Assembly (NCBI GenBank): GCA_965218435.1
Contig: CBDCKW010000003.1
Span: 1 to 49,774 of the forward strand
Source of the DNA: Truepera sp.
GTDB taxonomy: Bacteria; Deinococcota; Deinococci; Deinococcales; Trueperaceae
Length of the DNA stretch: 49,774 nucleotides
Direction: 5' to 3'
Notes under the pieces: generated by a model
What the model was told of the DNA's origin: nothing
Seen by the model: the letters and a program-made list of their open reading frames with translations, nothing else
The model's database searches: none
Position numbers and translations under genes: made by a program
In this document: one piece after another, positions 37,268 through 47,978 of the stretch
How positions within the stretch are numbered: position 1 is the first letter of the stretch
Layout of the letters: each line of letters starts with the position of its first letter

Positions 37268-37616
37268 TCTGACCGACCGCGACCGCGCCAAGCGCAAGAC
37301 TGGGCAGGGCGTGGACGCCTTTTTCGAGAGCGAGGCGGCCAAGGAAAAGCCCGCGCCTGCGGACGTCCGCAAGACGGCTACCTTCAACCTCTTCGTTCGC
37401 CATCAGGACTTCCTGGACGAGTTCGTCAAGACCGGCAAACAGAAGTTCCGGCACGAGGATACCGTGGGTGTCGGGGCGATCAACAAGAGCGCTGTGCTTC
37501 AGGAACTGCTGGAAAAACTTCAAGCCGACGAGAAGTTGCAGCAGGAGATTCTGAAGCGCCTCGAAAAGAAAGGCAGGGAAGAGGGAAGCCGCCATGACCC
37601 GCGCAAGACAAGCTGA
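37248..37616 (+). CDS. Putative small ParA partner (centromere-binding protein)
   Basis: Overlaps parA2; GVDAFF linker followed by RKTATFNL...INKSAVLQELL, which is RHH-like. Confidence 0.65.
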   Translation: MTRRRASLTDRDRAKRKTGQGVDAFFESEAAKEKPAPADVRKTATFNLFVRHQDFLDEFVKTGKQKFRHEDTVGVGAINKSAVLQELLEKLQADEKLQQEILKRLEKKGREEGSRHDPRKTS

Positions 37617-37690
37617 GAGATAAAATCTTACGTAAGACTTTTCCTCATCCGTTGACTTGGTGATCTACTTGCTAGTTTGAGGGTGAAACA

Positions 37691-40600
37691 GTGTCTGAAG
37701 ACCAAAATTTTGTACCTGTGATGCTTCAAAGCATAGGTGCCGACGTAATTTCAAACGTAATCACGTCGGCACCTAAGTGGCTACCCAAAAGTTTATTACT
37801 ACGCTCTCGTGCGGAGGAGACGGCCGTAAAGGATGCCTTCCAACGTTCTCTGTATAGGGCTTACCTTGATACAGTAGAAAAGTATTCTGACGCCTCCCGT
37901 TACGGCTTCAATGAAGAGATGTTAGAGAGTGCAGAGCCGGTGCTGCAAACGGTGTTCGATCCCCAGAATTACCGAGACCCTACCAGCCTTTCACAAGAAC
38001 TCATTAAGGTATGGAGCGACAGTCGGAAAGCGCAGTTCCCAACGTATGACCCAGAGCAGGCACGCGATACCCAACAGTTGATGTCTGATGCTGCCCCCGA
38101 CTTTTTAGATTTTCTTTACAAGAGCCTTCAAGAGCGCGAGGTTTTCACCTCCTTTTTTACAAACCAGCATCAGATGTTCACAGAGGAGTACCACCGTAAA
38201 GAGCTTGCCGAACTGAAAAAACTCGATGAGCGGCTAAGGGAGCAGGGTTCAACTCAAGAAGCTGCTGCTCAGCAGTTGTACAAGCTGGTTGTAGACATAT
38301 ACATTGAGATACAGAATTTAAGGTACTTAATCGGTAGACCATTGGACTTAGAGCACTTCACTTTTGATAATGAGTTTGAACGATACTTCCATAACTTCGT
38401 TGAGCGTCCAGAGCTTGAGGGTGACTTAGCCAAACATAGAAACTCCTATGACAGAGGTTATTTTTGCGTTATGGCAGCGGCTGGGTTAGGAAAGTCGGCG
38501 TTTGCGGCCAATCTTGCGGTCAAGCTGAACGCGCCTATTTTCTTCTTCAACGAGGCCGAGGGACGTACCGATCCGGCGACATGTTGGACCCACCTCACCG
38601 CTGATCTCGTTACCCGTTTTGACTTGGACCCTAAAGCCCTACCGCAACGCGCATCAATAGGTGATCCGGCTTTGTTTTCCGAAAGCCTACACCAAGCAGT
38701 GACGAAGAGTGAGGGGCCAGTATGGATCGTTATTGACGCTGTTGATGAAGCTGACGCGCCAGCGCCCGGCCGTAACATCATAAATTTGCCGTCTTCGCTG
38801 CCGAAAGGGGTGTATATAGTCCTCACTTATCGGCCGGGAGTACCCCGACCTGATGTGACGACGACGCCTTTCCAAACACACCTTATTGACCCGCAGGACA
38901 AAGAGCAAGGTAATACAATAACCGCGTACCTGGAAAAAGTTTCTAATTTGCCTGCCATTGAGGAACTTTTGGAAGCTGCAACTCCACCCATCACAAAAAG
39001 CTCGTTCGTTCGAAAACTTAAACAAGCGAGTGAAAACAACTTTATGTACGTACGGTATGTTGTAGACGACCTGAGTGCTCGGACGCCGGACAGCTTTTCG
39101 ACTCTGATACGCAGCACACTCGATGCCTTACCCAACGGACTTATCGGTTATTACAACAGGTTCTGGAGCCATTTCAAAGAAACAGACGATGAGGTGTGGG
39201 AAACGGTAAATCAGCCCCTACTTGGTTTGCTGAGTGCTGCTCGCGAGCCGGTCAGCTCTGATTGGCTCGCAAAACTCAGCGGGTTACAAAAAACGAGGGT
39301 TAATAGAGTATTAGAACGGTGGCAGCGCTTTCTGAGTCCACAGAACAATGGAGACGAAACCCTCTGGCGCGTGATCCATCAATCCTTTAATGACTTCTTA
39401 AAAGAGAAAGACGTTGCGTTTGAGGCTCACGAGAAAATCATTCAACATTATCTGACGTCGTGGGGCAGTCTACCTGATGGTTTGCCAAGTCTTTTGTCAA
39501 CTAACTGGGCGGAGGACTTCAACAGGTATGGGATTACTTACATCGTGTCTCACTTTGCGGAGGTCAGAGATACAGAACGTATATACTCTCTATTAAGCCT
39601 TGAGCAATCAGGACAGCCGTCGGGCGGAATCAGCGTTAGCTCTTACAACGTTTGGTATCGGGCGCACAGCGTAGCTTCTCTACTCGACAAGTTCTTGAAC
39701 GACGTTCAACAAGCTTGGAGGGAGTTCGAGCGTCAATCTGTAAAAGACATAGCGGAAGGAAGACCTGCGGCGACGCTTGGTAGAGAAGCGTTCAGCGCCC
39801 TCCTGACCGTTTCGATACGCACCGCCTTCTCGCGTGTGCCGTCGGCACTTCTGCCGCACCTACTTGAACACAAGATCATCACGTCGCGCGAGGCATTCTT
39901 CCAAGCCCTCAACAACCGGGGCGACGACCAAGGCTCTTATGAACTGTTGAGGCTGGCTCACGTCGCTGACGAGGCGCTACTACAGTTGGTGCTTGGCCGA
40001 ATCGAAGAGGATGTCCAGAAGCACGGCGGTATGCTTGGGCCTCTAGCGCCAAGCATTCCTCTTAGCTTATTCGGTACAGCAACCGCTATAGCTCATAAGA
40101 TCGACGATCCTTTAACTCAGGGAACAGTCTATCTATCTCTTCAGGAACACGCCCCTCAAGATAATAAAACGCAGTTCGTCGCCCTTGCTAAAGAGGTATA
40201 TACCAAAATCGTTACGCCGCAAGCAAAAGTAGACCTTTTAAAACATTTTCAGGACCATTTAGAACCCGAGGAAACCGAGGAGTTGGCCCTACAGGCTTTT
40301 GCACAAGTCCGTGAGGCAGACGCTATGGACAGGATAGGGCCTTTGACCGGCTTGATACCGCTTCTTCCGCGAGGAGAAAAAGAGTTGGCCCTCGAGTTGG
40401 CTTTGGAGTCGGCCAAGACAAACAAGTGCTACGGAGACAAAATAGTCGAAGAGTCAGACGGGATAGATCATATTATCTACAATGGTGATTACATTATTGA
40501 CAACGGTTATTTGTGGCCTTTACGTCAACTCATAGGTGAATTTGTTCAGCATCGCTTGGACCTCATCTTAGACGAGGTGCGGAGTACCCAAAACTCTCTT

Positions 40601-43198
40601 CTGACGTCCGAAATTGTAGAGGCCCTTCCGTACTCGCGAAAGCTTGAGATATTGAAAGAAGTCTCCGAGGTTGACGTAAGCAGCGCGTACCTCACAAGTC
40701 AGTTGGGTTCATCTCCAGAAGCACGCGCTAAAGGCTTTGAGCTTGCTAGTCGGGGACCTGAAGGCGACAAGCTTTCATACCTTTACAACCTATCAGGCAG
40801 GTTGTCGGCAAAAGAAGTTGAACAAGTTGTTACTCTTGTCGAGAGCATCACTAAGCCCAGTGACCAGTGCAAAGCATTAGTCCACCTTCTCAAGCTAGCT
40901 GACGGTGATGGCCGCAAAACAATCTCTTCGGTACTTGACGCCTGCCTGAGCAGGATCAGTGAAGAACACATTGTTTTAAATTTTCTTAGAGAGACTCTTC
41001 CATACCGGGAGAGGATTCCTAAACAAGCCTTCATGGCCGCTTTGCGTGGAGCAGTAACTGCCTATGCAAAGACCTCTGTGTACGAAAAACTCGCTGTAGA
41101 AGCGTTTCATCTTGATGAAACGCTTTCGCCTAAGGAGCTTGAAGATGTTTTCGTCTTTGAGTTCGCCTACGAGGATGCTTTACAGCGCCCGTCGTATCAA
41201 AATCCGCGGTGTCAACTTGCTGAAGCGTTAGCACCACAGTTCACAGAAGATCAGTTTGAGGCGCTTTTGCTTACGGCCTCTGTTAGAGCAGAAAGTCCCT
41301 CCCAGTCCTTCGACATCATCGAACGTCTGGTGAAGGCCAGACGCAAACCGATGCGCGCGAGCCTCCAAAAAGTTGCGATGGACGCGGCGCTGGCAAGTGA
41401 AGCGTACATAAACAGTAATGCCGTCTCTAAACTGGTCGAATCATGGGTGGGTCCACTGGACCCATACGTGCTTAGAAGCGCCTTTGAGGCGTCTAGAGCT
41501 ATTGCTGACCAGGAAGTGACTGCTAAGGCTTTAACGGAGTTCGCTCCGTTTGTCTCCAAAAATTTGCTGGATGAAGTGGTCGCTTTCGTTAGGCAATATG
41601 GTGGCGCTCTCCAGCTTGCCCGCGTTGCTATGTCTTGTGACGGCCAGAAGAAATTGGAACTTGTAGGTGAAGCAATAGAGAAGGGTATTTACAACAAGCA
41701 CAGTTACTACAGCGAAACTGATCCAGACTTTAAAATATTTGAACTGCTACCCCCTCATTTCTCAGAGAATTTGCTTCCGACAGTTCTACGTAAGCTCCAG
41801 ACCTTAAAAGGGGAGTTTTGGGAGAATCTAGCGCTAAGCTTTGTCCGTAGCTTGCCAAAGCCTTTGAGCCAGTCTGTACTCCAGTTAGCAGATACTACAG
41901 AGGACTACGGGATTCGGGCTAGCTTATTTGCAGAAATCTTGCCTAACTTAGAGGAGGCGACACAACTACAGTTGGCTAACAGTTTAATCGCCAGCGAAGA
42001 GCTGATTGCAGACATAAGCGATCAATGTAAGTTCGTGCCCCGACTTCTGGCCGTATGCGAGGAACCGAAGAGACAACGGATTATGGATTTGGTCCTCGAG
42101 ACCGTAAACGCACAAGTGGGTGATGACTCGAGTGGCTACCTTGCCAAGCGCGTTATCGCCAGTCTGCAACCTTTGGTTGAAAACTTGCCTGCGATTGTTC
42201 CAACTTTATGTAGACTCGCCGAAAGCATCAGAGAACCATCCGAGCGGTATAAAACTTTAGTTGAAGTTCTTCAACCTGTAGATATCAAAGGGGCGAAAGA
42301 AGCGCTCTCATATGCACTAGATGAAGAAAACAGCACCTGGGGACCAAGTATTGTACTCCGAGACCTAGCCCCCATTCTTAGAGGGGAACTCGCTGAGTTT
42401 GCTTTGGAGAAAGCTAGATCGTTTTCTGCTGATTCGAGCATTAAAGCTCAAACGCTTATTCAGCTGGCAAAAGTTACAAAGGTCTCTAGTGAAGAAATTG
42501 CTGCTGCTGTTCGGCAAGGACATGAACCATTCCTTTATATTGAAGCCTCGACGGTCCTTAATGATAGCTATAGCGTGCAGCTTATGGCGGAGGGGCTGGA
42601 GTTATTTAAGCGCCGATTAGAGAATGAAAGGGAGCATCAGTTTCAAGACGAGTTTCGGCGGGAATTGACAATCACAATTAATGAGGCGGCACCCCAACTC
42701 AGTGGCGACGCCCTCACTCATCTCGTACATTCAATACCGAATTTAACGCAATTCAACGTGCCAGGAATTGTGAGAGCCATAGCCCCTAAACTCGAACGTG
42801 AGCACCTCACCTATCTTCTACACTGGTCGGATGGGTCCCCAGATATAGTTTATGAACTGGCACCGCACCTCGATCGAGAGAATGTCCTTACTACTCAGGA
42901 CCTGTTGAGAGCAGCTCGAATGGGATTTTTTTACCAAGCTTCAACGGAGCAGAATCGAACTTCAGTAGAACTTATGCTTAGACGTCCTCTTAGTGAAATC
43001 CATCAGCTATGGTCCAAGGTTGTACAAGGGAACTCGGCTCGGGTTGGGTACACCGTGGACTTTCACAGCAGAAGTAGCTTTCTCTCCGTATTAGCAGCTT
43101 TCGCACCAGTCATCAACCTTCTAGGTGGCGAAACCGCTGCAAGCGAAGCTGCAAAAGCAATCTTACAAGTCAGCAGATGGTGGGCACCAATGAAGTAG
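37691..43198 (+). CDS. Large STAND/NACHT-like P-loop ATPase with a long helical-repeat C-terminus
   Basis: FVERPEL, Walker A AAAGLGKS, Walker B IVIDAVDE, NFMYV, LPNGLIGYY and HQSFNDFL, followed by more than 1100 aa of alpha-solenoid-like sequence. Lower GC than the upstream genes. Confidence 0.8.
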   Translation: MSEDQNFVPVMLQSIGADVISNVITSAPKWLPKSLLLRSRAEETAVKDAFQRSLYRAYLDTVEKYSDASRYGFNEEMLESAEPVLQTVFDPQNYRDPTSLSQELIKVWSDSRKAQFPTYDPEQARDTQQLMSDAAPDFLDFLYKSLQEREVFTSFFTNQHQMFTEEYHRKELAELKKLDERLREQGSTQEAAAQQLYKLVVDIYIEIQNLRYLIGRPLDLEHFTFDNEFERYFHNFVERPELEGDLAKHRNSYDRGYFCVMAAAGLGKSAFAANLAVKLNAPIFFFNEAEGRTDPATCWTHLTADLVTRFDLDPKALPQRASIGDPALFSESLHQAVTKSEGPVWIVIDAVDEADAPAPGRNIINLPSSLPKGVYIVLTYRPGVPRPDVTTTPFQTHLIDPQDKEQGNTITAYLEKVSNLPAIEELLEAATPPITKSSFVRKLKQASENNFMYVRYVVDDLSARTPDSFSTLIRSTLDALPNGLIGYYNRFWSHFKETDDEVWETVNQPLLGLLSAAREPVSSDWLAKLSGLQKTRVNRVLERWQRFLSPQNNGDETLWRVIHQSFNDFLKEKDVAFEAHEKIIQHYLTSWGSLPDGLPSLLSTNWAEDFNRYGITYIVSHFAEVRDTERIYSLLSLEQSGQPSGGISVSSYNVWYRAHSVASLLDKFLNDVQQAWREFERQSVKDIAEGRPAATLGREAFSALLTVSIRTAFSRVPSALLPHLLEHKIITSREAFFQALNNRGDDQGSYELLRLAHVADEALLQLVLGRIEEDVQKHGGMLGPLAPSIPLSLFGTATAIAHKIDDPLTQGTVYLSLQEHAPQDNKTQFVALAKEVYTKIVTPQAKVDLLKHFQDHLEPEETEELALQAFAQVREADAMDRIGPLTGLIPLLPRGEKELALELALESAKTNKCYGDKIVEESDGIDHIIYNGDYIIDNGYLWPLRQLIGEFVQHRLDLILDEVRSTQNSLLTSEIVEALPYSRKLEILKEVSEVDVSSAYLTSQLGSSPEARAKGFELASRGPEGDKLSYLYNLSGRLSAKEVEQVVTLVESITKPSDQCKALVHLLKLADGDGRKTISSVLDACLSRISEEHIVLNFLRETLPYRERIPKQAFMAALRGAVTAYAKTSVYEKLAVEAFHLDETLSPKELEDVFVFEFAYEDALQRPSYQNPRCQLAEALAPQFTEDQFEALLLTASVRAESPSQSFDIIERLVKARRKPMRASLQKVAMDAALASEAYINSNAVSKLVESWVGPLDPYVLRSAFEASRAIADQEVTAKALTEFAPFVSKNLLDEVVAFVRQYGGALQLARVAMSCDGQKKLELVGEAIEKGIYNKHSYYSETDPDFKIFELLPPHFSENLLPTVLRKLQTLKGEFWENLALSFVRSLPKPLSQSVLQLADTTEDYGIRASLFAEILPNLEEATQLQLANSLIASEELIADISDQCKFVPRLLAVCEEPKRQRIMDLVLETVNAQVGDDSSGYLAKRVIASLQPLVENLPAIVPTLCRLAESIREPSERYKTLVEVLQPVDIKGAKEALSYALDEENSTWGPSIVLRDLAPILRGELAEFALEKARSFSADSSIKAQTLIQLAKVTKVSSEEIAAAVRQGHEPFLYIEASTVLNDSYSVQLMAEGLELFKRRLENEREHQFQDEFRRELTITINEAAPQLSGDALTHLVHSIPNLTQFNVPGIVRAIAPKLEREHLTYLLHWSDGSPDIVYELAPHLDRENVLTTQDLLRAARMGFFYQASTEQNRTSVELMLRRPLSEIHQLWSKVVQGNSARVGYTVDFHSRSSFLSVLAAFAPVINLLGGETAASEAAKAILQVSRWWAPMK

Positions 43199-43396
43199 CA
43201 GAGAAGCAGTAATTTAGACCCATGGGGTAACTTCGTTTAACGTTTCATAAAGGACGTTATGCAGTCCTCCTGCGGACGGGTTCTTTGTACCTATACCTTT
43301 CTTCTCCTCTTTGTTATTGCCCTTAACAATACGTTATCTTTGTGGGGAGCAAATGGGTCCAAAGAGTACGGTGCCACACCAGCTAGGAGCGTTCTG

Positions 43397-46300
43397 ATGG
43401 CAAAAGCAGGTTACTACGGGAATCCTACCCTTCACGGGGACACCATCATTTTCGTTTGTGAAGACGATCTCTGGACGGTATCAACCTCGGGCGGCGTCGC
43501 CCGGCGTCTCACTGTAAATCCCGGAAGGGTAGCGAGCCCTGCGCTCTCACCTGACGGCGTAACGTTAGCGTTTGCGGGCTTCGACGAGGGTACCAGCGAG
43601 GTTTACGTCATGCTAGCCGAGGGCGGTGAGGCTAAGCGACTCACCTTCTTGGGTGCGACGACCTACGTCGCCGGATGGACGCCGGACAACTGGATCGTTT
43701 TCGCAAGCAACGCTACCCAACCGTTTGGGCGCGATTACCGTCTTTACACTCTGGACCCGGCGGGCGGCGAGCCACAGAAATTGCCTTACGGCCCCGCCAT
43801 GAGCGTCTCCTACGGCCCTCATGGCGGTATCGTGATCGGCCGGAACACGACCGACAGCGCACGCTGGAAGCGCTACCGCGGCGGCACCGCTGGGGAGCTT
43901 TGGGTTGAGCCGGAGGGTGAGGAGTGGCACAGACTCATTACCCTTGATGGCAACCTAGCGCTGCCCCTGTGGCTGGGTGAGCGCATCTACTTCGTGTCCG
44001 ACCACGAGGGTGTCGGCAACCTCTACTCATGTATGCCCCAAGGCGAGGACCTGAGACGTCATACGAAGCACCATGACTTCTACGTGCGGTTTCCTACGAC
44101 CGACGGCAAGCGGATCGTCTACCAAGCCGGTGCCGACCTTTATCTCTTTGACCCTTCAAGCGACCTCAGCGAACGGATTCCTATCACCTTAGGCAGCCCC
44201 AAGGCACAGCAGAAGCGCAGGTTTGTCGATCCGCCCAAGTACTTGAGCGATTTCTTGCTCAACCGCTCGGGCAAGTCACTCGCGCTAACTACCCGCGGGC
44301 AAGCCTTCTCCCTGCGTGCGTGGGAGGGTCCGGTGATCCGCCACGGCGACTCGGAGCTCGCGCGCTTCCGCCTACCTAGCTGGCTCTACGACGAACGGCT
44401 TTTGGTCGTCCGCGACAAAGATAGCGAAGTTACCCTCGAGCTTCACCCGACTGGACCAGACGCCGACCTCGCGCAGCCAGAGCACCTGGCGGGACTCGAC
44501 TTGGGTCGTCCGCTCGAAGTCGTCCCTTCACCGCAGCGTGCCGAGGTCGCGCTTACAAACCACCGCAACGAACTGCTGCTCGTCAATCTGGGCGAACGCA
44601 CCGTCCAGCAGCTCGACAAAAGTGGGCATGGGAGGGTTCAAGGGGTCGCTTGGTCTCCTGACGGGCGCTACCTCGCTTACGGCTTTCAGGCCACGCCTAG
44701 CACTTGTGGCTTGAAGCTGTGTGAGGTGGAGAGCGGCGAGACGTGGAAACTGACCGAGCCGGTGCTCTGGGATCATGCGCCCAGTTTCGACCCCAAAGGC
44801 AACTATCTCTACTTCATCTCCTACCGCACCTTCGACCCGGTTTACGACAACCTCCACCTCGACTTAGGTTTTCCCAAGGGCGGGAAACCGTGCCTGCTTA
44901 CCCTGAGGGCCGATCTACCTTCCCCATTCAGCGCAGCAGGTCAGGCTCAGCGCGATGACCGAGAGTCGGATAAAGAAGTTGACGACGGTAAAGTAGACGA
45001 ACACCCCGAAGCGCAAACTACTCACATCGAGATCGAGGGCATCGCTGACCGGATCGTCGCATTCCCCGTGCCCGAGGGTCGGTATAGCGACGTTCATGGC
45101 GTTAAGGATAAGGTTCTTTACCTGTCACACCCCGTCGAGGGGGCGCTTGAACAGAACTGGCTTGGCGCTGACGAGCCCCTCGCAAAGGCCAAGCTCGAGT
45201 GCTACGACTTTGAAGGTCGTAAGAACGAAACGCTCGTCGAAGGGGTCACGAGCTTCACGTTGTCGCAAGACGGCAGCACCCTCTGCTACCGGGCAGGCAA
45301 CCGCCTGCGAGTACTCAAAACAGGCGATAAACCACCCGGGGACAAAGGTGAAGAACCGGGCCGTGAAAGCGGCTGGATTGACCTTAGCCGCGTAAAGGTA
45401 TCGGTGAACCCGGCGGCTGAGTGGCGACAGATGTTCCGCGACGCCTGGCGGTTACAGCTCGAGCACTTCTGGACCGAAGACATGTCGGGAATCGACTGGA
45501 ACGAGGTTTACAGGCGTTACGAGCCGCTTCTAGCGCGGGTGGCTAGCCGCGGTGAACTCTCCGACCTGGTCTGGGAGATGCAGGGGGAACTCGGAACCTC
45601 GCACGCTTACGAACTGGGCGGCGACTACCGTGAGTCGCCCCAGTACCCACAAGGCTTCCTGGGTGCAGATCTCCACTTCGACCCTGAGTCCGACGCCTAC
45701 GAGGTTACGCACATCGTTAAGGGTGACCTTTGGGACGAGAATGCTAGTTCTCCACTGGCTCGAGCTGGCGTCAACGTCAGAGTAGGCGACAAGATCTTGG
45801 CCGTCAACCGTCAGCGGGTAGGCCGCGACGTGTCGCCACAGTCGCTGCTCGTTCACCAGGCGGGGAGCGAGGTTTTGCTAACGGTCGAGGCTGTTTCAGA
45901 TAACGCTGTCCGCACCGTTGTCATCAAAGCGCTCGAGAGCGAGCAGCCCGCGCGCTACCGTGAGTGGGTCGAGCGCAACCGGCGCTACGTCCACGAGCAG
46001 ACGGACGGGCAGATCGGTTACGTGCATATCCCCGACATGGGGCCGCACGGTTACGCCGAGTTTCACCGGGGGTTTCTCAAGGAGTCCGAGCGCACCGGCC
46101 TGATCGTCGACGTACGGTTCAACGGGGGTGGGCACGTGTCGCCGCTCATCATCGAAAAGCTTGCCCGCAGACGCTTGGGCTACAGCGTCGCCCGCTGGAG
46201 GGAGCCCGCCCCGTTTCCGCAGCTGTCGCTCGCGGGTCCGCTCGTCGCCCTGACAAATGAGCATGCCGGGTCCGACGGGGACATCTTCTGTCACACCTTC

Positions 46301-46630
46301 AAGCTCATGCAGCTGGGTCCCCTTATCGGTAAACGCACTTGGGGCGGGGTCGTCGGCATCACCGTCAACGATCCCCTTGGAGACGGCACCATCACGACGC
46401 AGCCGGAGTTTTCCTTCTGGTTCCAAGATGTGGGCTTCGGTGTGGAGAACTACGGCACCGACCCCACTATCGAGGTGGATAACAGACCCCAGGACTACCA
46501 GCGGGGAGACGATGTGCAGCTCAGACGTGCGGTGGAGGAGGCCTTAACGGGCTTGACAGACCGCGGTTTCAAACCACCTGACTTCAGCAAGCGTCCCCGC
46601 CTCGCTTTGGCGCTCTCGGCTGACGACTAG
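43397..46630 (+). CDS. Tricorn protease homolog (S41; propellers, PDZ, catalytic domain)
   Basis: FVCEDDLW, WKRYRGGTAG, GELGTSHAY, IVDVRFNGGG, AGSDGD and GKRTWGG. AGGAG precedes the ATG at 43397. Confidence 0.95.
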   Translation: MAKAGYYGNPTLHGDTIIFVCEDDLWTVSTSGGVARRLTVNPGRVASPALSPDGVTLAFAGFDEGTSEVYVMLAEGGEAKRLTFLGATTYVAGWTPDNWIVFASNATQPFGRDYRLYTLDPAGGEPQKLPYGPAMSVSYGPHGGIVIGRNTTDSARWKRYRGGTAGELWVEPEGEEWHRLITLDGNLALPLWLGERIYFVSDHEGVGNLYSCMPQGEDLRRHTKHHDFYVRFPTTDGKRIVYQAGADLYLFDPSSDLSERIPITLGSPKAQQKRRFVDPPKYLSDFLLNRSGKSLALTTRGQAFSLRAWEGPVIRHGDSELARFRLPSWLYDERLLVVRDKDSEVTLELHPTGPDADLAQPEHLAGLDLGRPLEVVPSPQRAEVALTNHRNELLLVNLGERTVQQLDKSGHGRVQGVAWSPDGRYLAYGFQATPSTCGLKLCEVESGETWKLTEPVLWDHAPSFDPKGNYLYFISYRTFDPVYDNLHLDLGFPKGGKPCLLTLRADLPSPFSAAGQAQRDDRESDKEVDDGKVDEHPEAQTTHIEIEGIADRIVAFPVPEGRYSDVHGVKDKVLYLSHPVEGALEQNWLGADEPLAKAKLECYDFEGRKNETLVEGVTSFTLSQDGSTLCYRAGNRLRVLKTGDKPPGDKGEEPGRESGWIDLSRVKVSVNPAAEWRQMFRDAWRLQLEHFWTEDMSGIDWNEVYRRYEPLLARVASRGELSDLVWEMQGELGTSHAYELGGDYRESPQYPQGFLGADLHFDPESDAYEVTHIVKGDLWDENASSPLARAGVNVRVGDKILAVNRQRVGRDVSPQSLLVHQAGSEVLLTVEAVSDNAVRTVVIKALESEQPARYREWVERNRRYVHEQTDGQIGYVHIPDMGPHGYAEFHRGFLKESERTGLIVDVRFNGGGHVSPLIIEKLARRRLGYSVARWREPAPFPQLSLAGPLVALTNEHAGSDGDIFCHTFKLMQLGPLIGKRTWGGVVGITVNDPLGDGTITTQPEFSFWFQDVGFGVENYGTDPTIEVDNRPQDYQRGDDVQLRRAVEEALTGLTDRGFKPPDFSKRPRLALALSADD

Positions 46631-46645
46631 CCAGAAACGTCAATT

Positions 46646-47632
46646 TTAGTACGACACTTTAAACGTCGGACTGTCCTCCGGTTTCATATGCCGTCGGTCG
46701 TAAAGCCGCGTCGTCGAGATGTTCGCGTGCCCGAGCCACTCCTGCACCTTGGCAATATCGGCTTGATGTAAAAGGGCGTTCGTCGCCGCCGTTGCCCGCA
46801 TGGCGTGGACACAGATGCCGTCAACCTCCAAGTCGATGCCGAGCTGCTTGGCATAGGGCTTGACGATAGACTTCAACACCGAGTCGGGATGCAGGTGCTT
46901 GTTGAGCTCGGCTGAAACGTTGTTCCGAACGGGGCGAAAGAGTGCGCCGTCGCGGTCTTCAAGATGTCCCGCAGCCTCGAGGTAACTCTGGATCAGCCGT
47001 AACGCTTTAGGGGCAGCGGGGACAAAGCGGATTTTCCCGCCTTTACCTTGAATCCGGAAATGCACCACCCCTTGCCGCTGATGGACGTCTCTCACCCGCA
47101 ACTTAGTCAGCTCTTCGCGGCGGACGCCGTGATAGAGCAGGGTGGCTAAAACTGCCCGATCCCGCTTCCCTTTAAGCGTGTGTTCGTCCGGTGCTTCTAA
47201 GAGCGCCCTCGCCTGAGCGTCACTTAGGGCCGGGGTATGACCTTCGTTCGCCCCTTCGTTGGGCCGCGTTACGCCATTGACCGGGTTATGCAATACGGCA
47301 TTCGCTTCACAAAGGCTGTCGAATAACGACGACAGGGCCGAGAGTTTGCGGCGAATCGTAGCAGGGGAGAGGTGTCTACCTTCTAAGTCAGTCCGCCAGG
47401 CGATGACGTGAGCACGGGTGACGAGCCGGTACTCCTCGACCTGCCGGATGCCGATAAAGAGGCTGAAGTCCTTAACGTCGCGTTCATAAGCTCGCCTTGT
47501 GTTGGCATTGCGGATATTGGCAAACCAGGTGACTTCGGGGGGGAGCTGCGCCAAGCCTTGAAACTCAGTCTGGGTCAGGCGGCGGGGCTCGAGTTCCTTA
47601 TGTACCTTACTTGTGGTGATCTGCTCAGTCAT
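46646..47632 (-). CDS. Tyrosine recombinase (XerC/D-like plasmid resolvase)
   Basis: RDRA...GVRREEL, GKGGK, HAMR and [13 protein letters not shown]. Confidence 0.95.
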   Translation of the reverse strand: MTEQITTSKVHKELEPRRLTQTEFQGLAQLPPEVTWFANIRNANTRRAYERDVKDFSLFIGIRQVEEYRLVTRAHVIAWRTDLEGRHLSPATIRRKLSALSSLFDSLCEANAVLHNPVNGVTRPNEGANEGHTPALSDAQARALLEAPDEHTLKGKRDRAVLATLLYHGVRREELTKLRVRDVHQRQGVVHFRIQGKGGKIRFVPAAPKALRLIQSYLEAAGHLEDRDGALFRPVRNNVSAELNKHLHPDSVLKSIVKPYAKQLGIDLEVDGICVHAMRATAATNALLHQADIAKVQEWLGHANISTTRLYDRRHMKPEDSPTFKVSY

Positions 47633-47700
47633 CTGATCCTCCAATTGCGTCTGCCAGCGTTCAAACTCATTATAAGCGTTTTAGAAGCAACTATCTACTT

Positions 47701-47722
47701 TTATCAAGATGTATCTTGATAA
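47701..47722. promoter_or_regulatory. Perfect inverted repeat between the divergent recombinase and TA genes
   Basis: TTATCAAGAT-gt-ATCTTGATAA. Confidence 0.6.
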
Positions 47723-47750
47723 TGTTTCATCGAGAGATTAAACTAGAATA

Positions 47751-47978
47751 ATGACGACGACCCGCCAGAAGTACGCCAGTCAAGCCGACCCGGAACTACT
47801 CGCGGCCATGCGTGAGGCAGCTAAAGAAGAAGGTCGGCAGTTTCAAGCGGTGATGGAAGACGCGATGCGCGACTATCTAGAGCGGCGGAACAACGCTTCA
47901 CCGAGAGCCCACGTGATGGCGCACCTACGCACCAGTATAGAGAAGAACCGGCGTTTAGGTGAGCTTTTAGCTAAATAG
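47751..47978 (+). CDS. RHH-like antitoxin partner of Doc
   Basis: KYASQADPELLAAMREAAKEEGRQFQAVMEDAM; its stop overlaps the toxin start. Confidence 0.8.
   Translation: MTTTRQKYASQADPELLAAMREAAKEEGRQFQAVMEDAMRDYLERRNNASPRAHVMAHLRTSIEKNRRLGELLAK

Noticed and set aside
43259..43396. Hydrophobic N-terminal extension (signal peptide) on the tricorn protease
   Set aside because: A clear ribosome-binding site and the family-like sequence begin at 43397, so the extension is probably not translated.
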